From: Acidimicrobiia bacterium
GTDB taxonomy: Bacteria > Actinomycetota > Acidimicrobiia > Acidimicrobiales > CAIXPF01
Assembly: GCA_947476745.1 (NCBI GenBank)
Contig: CANJRG010000007.1
Location: 55,913 to 119,912, forward strand
Reading direction: 5' to 3'
DNA length: 64,000 bases
The translations under genes were made by a program, and so were the position numbers. How positions within the stretch are numbered: position 1 is the first letter of the stretch; each line of letters opens with the position of its first letter. The notes below the pieces were generated by a model that did no database searches, had not been told where the DNA came from, and saw nothing but the letters and a program-made list of their open reading frames with translations. Shown piece after piece: positions 20,480-29,968 of this stretch.

Positions 20480-21265
20480 TCAGTGCCCGCCGAAGGCGGG
20501 GGGCCGCTTCTCCAGGAAGGCCCTGATGCCCTCGACGCGATCCTCGGTGGCGAACAGCCCGGCGACGGTCTCGCGCTCGAGCACGATCGCCGATGCCAAC
20601 GGCATGGTCAGGCCGACGTCGACGAGGCGCTTGGCCGCCGCCAGCGAGGCCGGCGGGCCGGCGGCCAACGACTCGCCCAACCCCAGCGCGGCGCCGACCA
20701 CGTCGTCCACCACGTCGTTGAGCACGCCGTAGTGCAACGCCCGCCCGGCATCGATCGGCTCGCCGGTCATCAGCAGGTACTTCGCCACCGTCACCGGCAG
20801 CAACCGGCTCAGCCGTTGGGTGCCAGCCGCGGCCGGTAGCAGGCCCAGCTTGATCTCGGGCACCCCGAAGCGGGCCGAGGGCGACGCCAGACGAAGATCG
20901 CAGGCCAGGGCCAGCTCGAACCCGCCGCCGAAGGCCAGGCCGTTGACCGCGGCCACCGACACCACCGGGCAGGCCGCCAGCCGGTCGAGCACGTCGGTCA
21001 GGCCCTTGACGAACCGGGCGAAGTCGGCCGGGCCGGTGAGCCGGTCGAGCTCGGTGATGTCCGCCCCGGCGGAGAACGCCCGGCCGGCGCCGGTCAGCAC
21101 GATGGCCCGCAGCTCCGGGTCGGCCTCGATCACATCGAGCGCGGCGTCGAGCTGCGCCACGGTGTCGCTGCCGATGGCGTTGAGCCGGCCCGGCCGGTCC
21201 ACGGTGAGCAGCGCCACCCGGCCCCGCCGTTCCAGATGCAGGACCTCGTCCGCTTGGTCGGTCAT
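20480..21265 (-). CDS. Enoyl-CoA hydratase
   Basis: FSAGADI, GGGFELALACD, PEIKLG (both catalytic Glu). Confidence 0.92.
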   Translation of the reverse strand: MTDQADEVLHLERRGRVALLTVDRPGRLNAIGSDTVAQLDAALDVIEADPELRAIVLTGAGRAFSAGADITELDRLTGPADFARFVKGLTDVLDRLAACPVVSVAAVNGLAFGGGFELALACDLRLASPSARFGVPEIKLGLLPAAAGTQRLSRLLPVTVAKYLLMTGEPIDAGRALHYGVLNDVVDDVVGAALGLGESLAAGPPASLAAAKRLVDVGLTMPLASAIVLERETVAGLFATEDRVEGIRAFLEKRPPAFGGH

Positions 21266-21377
21266 CGTCCCGACCCTACTTTGTGCGCCGCGCCCCGCGA
21301 CCGGTGGAACCCGGGGCTGGGGGCGCGACGATGGCCGGCGCGACGGTCGCACCGGACCGTCCCGATAACGAGCCGGC

Positions 21378-22115
21378 GTGGGCCCGTTCCTGATCGTGGC
21401 CCGGGCGCTCGCCACCGCTCTGGGCGTGTGGGCCGTCGTGTCGGTCCTGCTGTCGGCGATCCGGACCATCGTCGTGTCGCGGGGCGAGAGCCTGGCCCTC
21501 ACCGCGTTCGTCTTCGTCGGCCTGCGCCACATCCGCGGCCTCGAGGAGCTCGACGACCTGTGGAGCGAGTGGGAGGCGTGGTTCGCCGACCTCGAGCAGA
21601 CCCACACCTCCTACCCGGCGCTGGTGTACTTCCGTTCCGGCCAGGGACGCAGCTGGCTGACCTCGGCCGGCACCGTGCTCGACACCGCCGCAGTGGTCAC
21701 CGCCGCGGTCGACGTAGCGGTCCGGCCCCAGCCGCAGCCGTGCCTACGGGCCGGGTTCCTGGCGCTGCGGAAGGTGGCGGACCACTTCGGACAGGCCTCC
21801 GACCCCGACCCCGCGCCGGGCGACCCGATCTCGGTGACCCGGGCCGAGTTCGACGCCTGCCTCGACGAGCTGGCCGCCGCCGGGGTCCCGCTGCGGGCCG
21901 ACCGGGAGCGGGCCTGGCGCGAGTTCGCCGGCTGGCGGGTCAACTGCGATGCCGCGCTCATCGCCCTGTGCGCCGTCATCGAGCCGCGGACCGCGCCGTG
22001 GTCCTCGGACCGGTCGCCGCGCTGGTCGCCGCCGTTCCTACGCACGGTGTGGCTGGCCCGCACCTCCGGGTTCCGGGAATCCCGCAGGATGCATCGGACC
22101 GAAACCACCGGCTGA
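21378..22115 (+). CDS. Membrane-anchored hypothetical; probable internally deleted K+-channel-like family protein
   Basis: N-terminal TM, then WEAWFADLEQTHTSYP.L.YFRS..SW, WREFAGWRVN, APWSSDR, recalled from an actinobacterial channel-like family; no pore region visible. Confidence 0.55.
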   Translation: MGPFLIVARALATALGVWAVVSVLLSAIRTIVVSRGESLALTAFVFVGLRHIRGLEELDDLWSEWEAWFADLEQTHTSYPALVYFRSGQGRSWLTSAGTVLDTAAVVTAAVDVAVRPQPQPCLRAGFLALRKVADHFGQASDPDPAPGDPISVTRAEFDACLDELAAAGVPLRADRERAWREFAGWRVNCDAALIALCAVIEPRTAPWSSDRSPRWSPPFLRTVWLARTSGFRESRRMHRTETTG

Positions 22116-22191
22116 GCGCACCGGCAGAGGCGACGGGCCGGGCGGCCAGGCAGACCCGGCCAGGCACACCCGGCCGGGCGGCCGGCGGCGC

Positions 22192-22959
22192 TCAGCGACC
22201 GGTGAAGACGGGGGGCCGCTTCTCCAGGAACGAGCGCACGCCCTCGCGGTGGTCCTCGGTTCGGAACAGCTCGCTGAGCGACGCCCCGACCCAGCGGCCC
22301 AACGCCTCCCAGTCGGGATCGGTGGCCAGCCGCAGGCCTTCCTTCAGCTTGCGCACCGCCAGCGGCGGCCGCTCGGCGATCTTCTGGGCCAGCTCCAGCG
22401 CCGTCGGCAGCAGCTCCTCGTGGGCCACCACCCGCGACACCATCCCGATCGAACGGGCCGTCTCGGCGTCGATGACGTCGCCGGTGAAGAGCAGCTCGGC
22501 GGCCTTCTCACGGCCCACCAGCTGTGCCAGGCGGCCGATGCCCGCCACGTCGGTGCACAACCCGCGCAGCACGAACAGCTCGCCGAAACGGGCCTTCTCC
22601 GACGCCACCCGGAAATCGGCCATCAACGCCATCTCCATGCCCCAACCCACCGCGGCGCCGTTGACCGCGGCGATGATCGGCACGTCGGTGCGCAGCATGG
22701 CCCCGGCGGCGGGGGTGATGCGATGCTCGACCACCAGCGGCTTGTCGCTGCTGCCGCTGCCCATGATCTCCTTGACGTCGTCGCCGGAGCAGAACGCCGG
22801 ATCGGTGCCGGTCAGCACGATGCAACGAGCCGTGCTGGTGCGAAACGCCTCCTCGAGCTCGTCGTAGGTCTGCCACCGCAGGGCGTTGCGCTTGGCGGGC
22901 CGGTTGATGGTGATCAGCTCGACCTCGCCGCGGCGTTCGATGAGCAGGTCTTCGGGCAT
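22192..22959 (-). CDS. Crotonase-family protein (PaaG/isomerase-like residue pattern)
   Basis: FCSGDDV, GWGMEMAL; second Glu replaced (LFVLRGLCTD with Asp). Confidence 0.88.
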   Translation of the reverse strand: MPEDLLIERRGEVELITINRPAKRNALRWQTYDELEEAFRTSTARCIVLTGTDPAFCSGDDVKEIMGSGSSDKPLVVEHRITPAAGAMLRTDVPIIAAVNGAAVGWGMEMALMADFRVASEKARFGELFVLRGLCTDVAGIGRLAQLVGREKAAELLFTGDVIDAETARSIGMVSRVVAHEELLPTALELAQKIAERPPLAVRKLKEGLRLATDPDWEALGRWVGASLSELFRTEDHREGVRSFLEKRPPVFTGR

Positions 22960-23052
22960 GGGGTGCTCCGTGGCAGTTGGGGACGGGTGGAGGGGTTCGC
23001 CGGGCCGGGCCGGGCCCGCAGAACCCGACGGGTTCGGGCGGGGCCGGCCTGT

Positions 23053-24201
23053 TCAGGTACTGGCGGCGAGGACGTGCACGACACAGACCGCGCCGATGCC
23101 GACCATGTGGGTCAGACCCAGCCGGGCGTTCGGTTGTTGGCGGTCGCCGGCCTCACCGCGCAGCTGGCGGGTCACCTCGGCCACCTGGCCCACGCCGGTC
23201 GGGCCGAGCGGATGGCCCATTGCCAGCAGCCCGCCCGACGGGCTGACCGCGCAACGGCCGCCGATGTCGAACGCACCCTGCTCGATGAGCGGGCCGGCCT
23301 CGCCGGGGCCGCAGAACCCCATGGCCTCGAGGTAGAGCAGCTCCTCGATGGAGAAGGCGTCGTGGACCTCGATCACGTCGAGGTCGGTGGGGGCGACGCC
23401 GGCATCGTCGAAGGCCAGCTTCGTGGTGTGCGCGGTCAGAGTGGCGTCGATCGGCGTGCCCGGCGGATAGGCCGCCTCGCTACGGGTCACCGAGGACAGG
23501 ATGCGCGGCGCACGACGCGGGTCGATCCCGAACCGGGCCAGGGCCTCGTCGCTGGCCAGGATCACCGCCGCCGCACCCTCACCCACCGGGCAGCACTGCA
23601 GGCGGGTCATGCTGCCCGAGATCGGATCGGCCAGCACCTCGGGGAGGCTGCGCACCTTCTGGCGCTGGGCGTAGGGGTTGCGGGCGCCGTTGGCATGGTT
23701 CTTCACCGCCACCCGGGCCACCTGCTCGGCGGTGGTGCCGTAGCGCTGGCGGTAGTCCTCAGCCAGCAGAGCGAAGTGGGTGAACGGCACCACCGTGCCC
23801 GCCTCGTAGTTGCCCAGACCGGCACTGTTGGGGGCGATGCGCCAACCCTCCGCCTTGTCGACCCCGACCGCCAGCACCACGTCGCTACGCCCCGACGCCA
23901 CCTCGAGCGCAGCGAGCGCCACCGCGGTCGAGCCCGAGGCCGAGGCGTTCTCGACCTGCTGGATGGCCAGGCCGGTGGCACCCAGACGCGACAGCATGAC
24001 CCGGCCCGGTGCCATACCGAGCAGTGCGGAACCGACGAAGGCCGCCTCGACGTCGGGCCAGCGCAGGCCGCTGTCGGCCAGCGCGCCGCGCACCGCGGTC
24101 AGACCCAGCTCGACGAACGGCGTGGGCGACGCCGGTTGATAGCGATGCAGGCCGATGCCCACCACGTGGACCGGCCGGTCGGCCAGCGGGTTGCGACCCA
24201 T
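23053..24201 (-). CDS. SCP2/Ltp-type thiolase-family protein
   Basis: VENASASGS, VKNHANG..NPYAQ, EVHDAF, SGGLLAMGHPLGPTG. Confidence 0.9.
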   Translation of the reverse strand: MGRNPLADRPVHVVGIGLHRYQPASPTPFVELGLTAVRGALADSGLRWPDVEAAFVGSALLGMAPGRVMLSRLGATGLAIQQVENASASGSTAVALAALEVASGRSDVVLAVGVDKAEGWRIAPNSAGLGNYEAGTVVPFTHFALLAEDYRQRYGTTAEQVARVAVKNHANGARNPYAQRQKVRSLPEVLADPISGSMTRLQCCPVGEGAAAVILASDEALARFGIDPRRAPRILSSVTRSEAAYPPGTPIDATLTAHTTKLAFDDAGVAPTDLDVIEVHDAFSIEELLYLEAMGFCGPGEAGPLIEQGAFDIGGRCAVSPSGGLLAMGHPLGPTGVGQVAEVTRQLRGEAGDRQQPNARLGLTHMVGIGAVCVVHVLAAST

Positions 24202-24531
24202 TCAGCTCACCTTCTCCAACATCAGACGTCCGTCCTGCAACTCGCCACGCACCCGGTCGCCGATCGCCACCGGGTCGGAACCGGCTACGAGCACACCTTT
24301 GAGCGCCGGACCGTCGTCGAGGACCACCTCGACCACCGTGAACGGCGTGGCCGGCTCGGGCCGGTGGTGACGATGCACCGTGGCCGTGGCATGCACCACC
24401 CCCGCCGCCGGGAGCTCGACCGGCTCGAGGGTTCCGACCAACGCCCCGCACTGCTCACAGCCGTAGGGCTCCGGCGGTGTCGCCACCCGGCCACACGCCG
24501 GGCAGCGCGTACCGTGCAGTACGGCGCTCAT
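24202..24531 (-). CDS. DUF35 Zn-ribbon/OB-fold acyl-CoA binding protein
   Basis: CPACG...CEQCG, PFTVVEVVLDDG; adjacent to thiolase. Confidence 0.9.
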   Translation of the reverse strand: MSAVLHGTRCPACGRVATPPEPYGCEQCGALVGTLEPVELPAAGVVHATATVHRHHRPEPATPFTVVEVVLDDGPALKGVLVAGSDPVAIGDRVRGELQDGRLMLEKVS

Positions 24532-25961
24532 CAGAAGCTGAGCCCGACGAGCTTGGTGTCGAGGTACTCGGTGATGCCGTCCTGACCGCCCTCGCGGCCC
24601 AGACCCGAGGACTTCACGCCGCCGAAGGGCGCCGCGGCGCCGGTGGGGTTGATGTCGTTGACGCCGACGATGCCGAACTTCAGCTTCTCGATGCTGCGAT
24701 AGGCCCGGCCCAGATCGTTGGTGTACACGTAGCTGGCGAGGCCGTACTCGGTGTCGTTGGCCATAGCCAGCACCTCGTCCTCGGTGTCGAAGACGATGAC
24801 CGGGGCCACCGGACCGAAGGTCTCCTCCCGGTAGATCACCATCTCAGCGGTGACCCCGGTGAGCACCGTCGGGGCGAAGAAGTAGCCGTCGGCCAACGGC
24901 CCCTCGGTCAGACGCTGCCCGCCGGTGACCACCGTGGCACCCTTGGCCACCGCGTCACGGACCTGGCGGTCGACCTTGTCCAGCGACGGCTGGTCGACCA
25001 GCGGGCCGATCTGTACGCCCTCGGTGAAGCCGGACCCGGCCTGCATCTTGCCGATGCGATCGGCCAACGCCGCGATGAACGCATCGGCGATACCGCGTTG
25101 CACGTACAACCGGTTGGGGCAGATGCACGCCTGGCCGGTGTTGAGCACCTTCACCATCGCCGCACCGGTGGCCGCCCGCTTGGGGTCGGCGTCGTCGTAC
25201 ACGATGAAGGGGGCGTGACCGCCGAGTTCCATCGACACCCGCTTCATGGTGGTGGCGGCCTGGGCCATCAGCAGCTTGCCGACCTCGGTGGAGCCGGTGA
25301 AGGTCAGCTTGCGCACCTCGGGGGCCGACAGCAGCTCGGCCCCCACCGGGACCGGGTCGGACGTGGGGACCAGGTTCACCACCCCGGGCGGAAGGCCCAC
25401 CTCGTCGAGGATCTTGAACACCTCGATGGCACACAGCGGCGTCTGCTCGGCCGGCTTGAGCACGATCGTGCAGCCCGCGGCGAGCGCCGGACCGATCTTG
25501 CGGGTCAACATCGACACCGGGTAGTTCCACGGCGTGATGGCCGCACACACCCCGACCGGCTGGTGCAGCACCATGAATCGCTGCTCGGCCCGGTTCGACG
25601 GGATGGTCTGGCCGTACACCCGCTTGGCCTCCTCGGCGAACCACAGCAGGAAGTCGGCGGCGTAGCCGACCTCGATGCGGGCCGCCCGTAGGGGCTTGCC
25701 CTGCTCGGAGGTCATCAGCTTGGCGAGGTCCTCGCGGCGCTCCAGCATCAGGTGGTACGCGGCGTACAGCTTCTCGGAGCGTTGGTAGGCGGTCAGGCCG
25801 GCCCAGCCGTCGAACGCCGCGGCCGCGGCCTCGATCGCCCGCCGGGCATCGGCGGCACCGCCGTCAGCCACGTGGTCCAGCACCTTGCCCGTCGCAGGAT
25901 CGGTCACCGCGAAGGTTGCCCCACTCGCCGCCGCCTGCCATTGCCCATCGATGTACAGCAC
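24531..25961 (-). CDS. NAD(P)-dependent aldehyde dehydrogenase (succinate-semialdehyde dehydrogenase GabD-like)
   Basis: ITPWNYP, FTGSTEVG, MELGGHAP, GQACIC, EETFGP. Confidence 0.92.
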   Translation of the reverse strand: MLYIDGQWQAAASGATFAVTDPATGKVLDHVADGGAADARRAIEAAAAAFDGWAGLTAYQRSEKLYAAYHLMLERREDLAKLMTSEQGKPLRAARIEVGYAADFLLWFAEEAKRVYGQTIPSNRAEQRFMVLHQPVGVCAAITPWNYPVSMLTRKIGPALAAGCTIVLKPAEQTPLCAIEVFKILDEVGLPPGVVNLVPTSDPVPVGAELLSAPEVRKLTFTGSTEVGKLLMAQAATTMKRVSMELGGHAPFIVYDDADPKRAATGAAMVKVLNTGQACICPNRLYVQRGIADAFIAALADRIGKMQAGSGFTEGVQIGPLVDQPSLDKVDRQVRDAVAKGATVVTGGQRLTEGPLADGYFFAPTVLTGVTAEMVIYREETFGPVAPVIVFDTEDEVLAMANDTEYGLASYVYTNDLGRAYRSIEKLKFGIVGVNDINPTGAAAPFGGVKSSGLGREGGQDGITEYLDTKLVGLSF

Positions 25962-26021
25962 GGCGCGCAGGTTAGTTGGCGAGCCCGGCCGGCGGGGCCG
26001 GGGCGGCGTCAGCGACCGACG

Positions 26022-26888
26022 TCAGCCGCCGGCAACGGTGCGTTCGGCGGCGATGACGGTGTTGCGCAGCAGCATGGCCACCGTGGTCGGGCCGACCCCA
26101 CCGAGCCGGGGGGTGACCCACGACGCCACCTCGGCCACGTCGTCGTCGACGTCGGCGAGGAGCTTGCGGCCCGACCAGCTGATACCGCCGCTGATGACCA
26201 CCGCGCCGGGCCGCACCATGTCGGCGGTGACGAAGTTGGGGATGCCCACGCCGGCGATCACGATGTCACCCTGGCGGGTGTAGGCCGCGAGGTCCTTGAC
26301 CCCGGAGTGCACGACGGTGACCGCGGCGTCGGCCCCCGGGCCCTTCGCCGACATCAGCAGCGCCATCGGCCGGCCCAGGGTCGGCCCGCGACCGACCACC
26401 ACCACGTGGGTGCCGGCGGTGGGAATGCCGTAGTGGATCAGCATGGCCTGGATCCCGGCCGGGGCGCAGGGCACCGGGGCCTTCTCGCCCAGCACCAGCT
26501 TGCCGAGGTTCTCCGGATGCAGGCCGTCGGCGTCCTTGGCCGGGTCGATGGCGGACAGCACGGCGTCGAGGTCGTACCCGGCCGGCAGCGGCAGCTGCAC
26601 CAGGTAGGCGTGGACCTCGGGATCGGCGTTGAAGGCGGCCACCGCGTCGAGCAACGCCGCCTGGCCGGCATCGCCGGGCAGATGACGGTGGTGGGAGCGG
26701 ATACCCACCGCGGCGCAGGTCTCGTGCTTCTTGCCGACATAGCCGGCCGAGGGTGCGTCGTCCCCGACCAGGATGGTGCCCAGACCGGGGATGACACCGG
26801 CCGGGGCGAGCGCCGCGACGCGGCGCCGCACATCGTCGAGAACGACATCGGCGACCGGCTGACCGGCAAGGAGGGAGGCCATGGGCAT
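26022..26888 (-). CDS. folD: Methylenetetrahydrofolate dehydrogenase/cyclohydrolase (divergent paralog)
   Basis: YVGKK, VQLPLP, KDADGLHP, VVVVGRG, GGVGPTT. Confidence 0.9.
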   Translation of the reverse strand: MPMASLLAGQPVADVVLDDVRRRVAALAPAGVIPGLGTILVGDDAPSAGYVGKKHETCAAVGIRSHHRHLPGDAGQAALLDAVAAFNADPEVHAYLVQLPLPAGYDLDAVLSAIDPAKDADGLHPENLGKLVLGEKAPVPCAPAGIQAMLIHYGIPTAGTHVVVVGRGPTLGRPMALLMSAKGPGADAAVTVVHSGVKDLAAYTRQGDIVIAGVGIPNFVTADMVRPGAVVISGGISWSGRKLLADVDDDVAEVASWVTPRLGGVGPTTVAMLLRNTVIAAERTVAGG

Positions 26889-26911
26889 CAGCCTTGTGTA
26901 GCACCACCGCC

Positions 26912-26968
26912 CCGGGCCAGCCGTACCCGGCCGGGCCAGCCGTACCCGCCCCGGGCCAGCCGTACCCG
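26912..26968. repeat. 3x 18-bp direct repeat CCGGGCCAGCCGTACCCG (1-2 bp spacers)
   Basis: Read directly between folD and the CoA transferase. Confidence 0.9.
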
Positions 26969-26975
26969 CCTCGGT

Positions 26976-28205
26976 TCAGGACTCCGCAGGGCGGATGACG
27001 CCGGCTTGGTCGAGGGCGTCGATCTCCTCGGCGCTGTAGCCCAGCTCGGCAAGCACGTCGCGGCTGTGCTGGCCGACGTCGGGGGCCGGGCCGCGAACCG
27101 CGATGTCGGCACCGGCGATATGGAACGGGGCGGCCACCGTGCGGAACTCGAAGCCGTGGACGGGGTCCTGCACCGGGGCGAACATCCCCAACGCCTCGGC
27201 CTGGGGGTCCGCGATCACGTCGGGCAGCAACTGCACCGGTGCCCAGATCACCCCGGCCTCGTCGAGCCGGGTCGCCCACTCGGCGAGCGGGCGGGTGGCG
27301 AAGATGTCGTCGATGGCGGCGACCAGTTCGGCGGCGTGGCCGAGCCGGGTCGCCACGTCGGCATAGCGCTCGTCGAAGATCCACTCGGTGCGATCGGCAG
27401 CCACGCAGAAGCTGTCCCAGTAATCGCGCGGCCCGGGCATGCACAGCGCCACCCAGCGACCATCGGCGCAGCGGTAGCGACAGGTCAGCGGGTTCGGCCA
27501 TTCGGCCCGCGCCGTCTTCGGCGGCTGGGCACCGTCGATGAGGGTCATCGACAGGTCGCTGGCCAGCGTCCACGCCGCCACCTGGAACAACGCCACCTCG
27601 ACCCGCTGGAAACGGTCGGTCCGGTCGCGTTCGCGCAGCGCGGTGAGCACCGCCGACAGCAAGGCCAGAGCCGTGGTGTGGTCACCCTGGCCGGGACGAA
27701 AGGCGGGCGGCGGACCACCCGGTTCGCCGATGACCGAGGACACCCCGCCCCGGGCGAAGAACGCCGTCCAGTCATAACCCGGCTTGCCGGCCAGCGGCCC
27801 GGTGCTGCCGTAGCCGCCGAGCAAGGCGTACACCAGCCTCGGGCAGGACGCCTCGAGATCCTCCGCACGCAACCGGTAGCGGGCGAGGCGGTCCTCGGTG
27901 AGGTTGGTGAGGAAGATGTCGGCCCCCGCGGCGAGCCGGTGCACGATGGCCACCCCTTCGGCCTGGCCGAGGTCGGCCACCACCGACCGCTTCCCCCGGT
28001 TGTCCACGGTGAAATAGCCGTCCGGATGCGGCCCCGGGCCGGCGGCGGGGTCGATGCGGCGGTGAGCGCCGCGCAGGATGTCGCCCGTGGGCGGTTCGAC
28101 CTTGACCACGTCGGCACCGAGATCGGCCATGATCGCCGCCGCCGACGGCGCGGCGATCATGTTGGCCACCTCGACGACCCGGATTCCCGACAACGGACCT
28201 GCCAT
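26976..28205 (-). CDS. Family III (CaiB/BaiF) CoA transferase
   Basis: GPLSGIRVVE, ADLGADVVKVEPPTGD, NRGKRS, GQGDH, GQHSRDVL. Confidence 0.93.
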   Translation of the reverse strand: MAGPLSGIRVVEVANMIAAPSAAAIMADLGADVVKVEPPTGDILRGAHRRIDPAAGPGPHPDGYFTVDNRGKRSVVADLGQAEGVAIVHRLAAGADIFLTNLTEDRLARYRLRAEDLEASCPRLVYALLGGYGSTGPLAGKPGYDWTAFFARGGVSSVIGEPGGPPPAFRPGQGDHTTALALLSAVLTALRERDRTDRFQRVEVALFQVAAWTLASDLSMTLIDGAQPPKTARAEWPNPLTCRYRCADGRWVALCMPGPRDYWDSFCVAADRTEWIFDERYADVATRLGHAAELVAAIDDIFATRPLAEWATRLDEAGVIWAPVQLLPDVIADPQAEALGMFAPVQDPVHGFEFRTVAAPFHIAGADIAVRGPAPDVGQHSRDVLAELGYSAEEIDALDQAGVIRPAES

Positions 28206-28258
28206 CGCCCCGACCGTAGCGGCACCCGGGCAGGGGTGACGGCCGGTAACGTCGGGCC

Positions 28259-29050
28259 GTGCGGGTGGTGTGCTGGAACCTCCGAGGCGGCACCGACGCC
28301 AAGTGGGAGCTGCTGCGCGGCCTGCGCCCCGATGTCGCCGTGCTTCCCGAGGCGGCGCGTGCCCCCCGCCGGCTCGAACCCTCCCTGCTCGAAGCCGCGC
28401 CGAGCTGGCACTGGGTCGGCCGAAACCCGGCCAAGGGTCTCGCCGTCGCGACCTTCGGCGCCGAGTCCGGTGCGCTGGCACCCGACGCCACCGGACGCTG
28501 GTCGGTGGCGGCACGACAGGGATCGCTCACCGTGCTGGGGATCTGGTCCTGCCCCACCGGCGGGCAATACGCCCTCGAGGTGGAACGGGCCCTCGACGCC
28601 CACGCCCGCTGGCTCGACCCCGACGGCGAGCTCATCGTGGCAGGAGATTTCAACGTGGTCGGCCGGGGGGCCTCAGGGGCCTCAGGGGCCACGGCCCGGC
28701 TGTTCGCCCGGCTCGGCCGGCTCGGGCTCACCAGTGCATACCATACGGTACGGCATGAGGTACCCGGCGCGGAGTCGGCGGCCACCTACTTCCACCACCG
28801 CGACCCCGACCGGCCGTTCCACATCGACTTCTGCTTCGTGTCCGCAACGTTGCGCCGGCGACTGGCCGGGGTCGAGGTCGGTTCCTACGAGGACTGGGTG
28901 CGGCCCGGCCACTCCGACCACTGCCCGCTCGTCGTGGAGTTCGACCCGGCGCCGGCCCGGCGCGCACGCACCGAACCGGCCGAACCGGCCGGCGGACACG
29001 AGCGGCACGAGCGGCACGACGGGCTTTCACCCGGCACCGGCGGGCGTTAG
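28259..29050 (+). CDS. Endonuclease/exonuclease/phosphatase (EEP) family protein
   Basis: VVCWN, LPEA, AGDFN, HIDF, SDHCPL. Confidence 0.88.
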   Translation: MRVVCWNLRGGTDAKWELLRGLRPDVAVLPEAARAPRRLEPSLLEAAPSWHWVGRNPAKGLAVATFGAESGALAPDATGRWSVAARQGSLTVLGIWSCPTGGQYALEVERALDAHARWLDPDGELIVAGDFNVVGRGASGASGATARLFARLGRLGLTSAYHTVRHEVPGAESAATYFHHRDPDRPFHIDFCFVSATLRRRLAGVEVGSYEDWVRPGHSDHCPLVVEFDPAPARRARTEPAEPAGGHERHERHDGLSPGTGGR

Positions 29051-29224
29051 ATTCCGGCGGTGGGAGCGGGCGGTTGCCCGGACCAGGCCCACGTCGGGAC
29101 GAGACCGGACGAGCACCGGCCGCATCCGGCGAGACCCGGAGACACCGGGCGCCACCGGGCGCCACCGGACCAGACGCACCGGCGCGCAGCGAAGCGACAC
29201 CGAGACACGGCCCCAGGGGGATCG

Positions 29225-29950
29225 ATGACCGAATCCGGGGCAGACCGCCCGTACACCCTCACCGACGAGGTCCGCAAGGTCCTCACCACGGTGTCCACCG
29301 CCACCATCACCTCACAGCTGCAGCGCCGCGGCCTGCGCAACTGCTTCCTCAACGGCCTGGGGCCCACCCGGCCCGGCACCCGGCTGCTGGGCTACGCCCA
29401 CACCGTGCGCTACGTCGCCCTGCGCGAGGACCTGCAGAAGCAGCAGGGGCTGATGAACGCCCAGCGACGCGCCGTGGAAGCCATCCAGCCCGACGAGGTG
29501 CTGGTGATCGAGGCCCGCGGCGAGGCCCATGCCGGCACCATCGGCGACATCTTCACCATGCGGGTCAAGGCCCTCGGCGGGACCGGGGTGATCACCGACG
29601 GTGCCCTGCGGGACTCCCCCGCCATCCGCGCCATCGACCTGCCCGTGTACCACCAATCCTCGCACGCCGCCACGCTCGGCAAGCTGCACCTGCCGTGGGA
29701 GACCCAGACCGTGGTCACCTGCGCCGGGGTCACCGTCGTACCCGGCGACGTGCTGGTCGGCGACGACGAAGGGGTGGTGGTCATCCCCGCCGCCCTCGTC
29801 GAGGAGGTGGCCCGCGACTCCGCCACGATGGAGATCGAGGAGGAATGGGCCCTCGAACGGGTCGCCGCCGGGGAGAGCTCGGTGGGGACCTTCCCCATCT
29901 CCAAGGACCGCCGCCCCGAGTTCGAGGCCTGGCTGCAGGCCCGGGGCTGA
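29225..29950 (+). CDS. RraA/HMG-aldolase family protein
   Basis: GTIGDI, GVITDGALRD, PGDVLVGDDEGVVVIP. Confidence 0.88.
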   Translation: MTESGADRPYTLTDEVRKVLTTVSTATITSQLQRRGLRNCFLNGLGPTRPGTRLLGYAHTVRYVALREDLQKQQGLMNAQRRAVEAIQPDEVLVIEARGEAHAGTIGDIFTMRVKALGGTGVITDGALRDSPAIRAIDLPVYHQSSHAATLGKLHLPWETQTVVTCAGVTVVPGDVLVGDDEGVVVIPAALVEEVARDSATMEIEEEWALERVAAGESSVGTFPISKDRRPEFEAWLQARG

Positions 29951-29968
29951 CAGGAAACGAGAACCGCC

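Noticed and set aside
25752-29228. 1158-aa ORF, and similar very long ORFs at 41639-44677, 60133-63612, 12289-14922 and 21949-24585
   Set aside because: High-GC shadow frames overlapping well-supported genes, with no recognisable motifs
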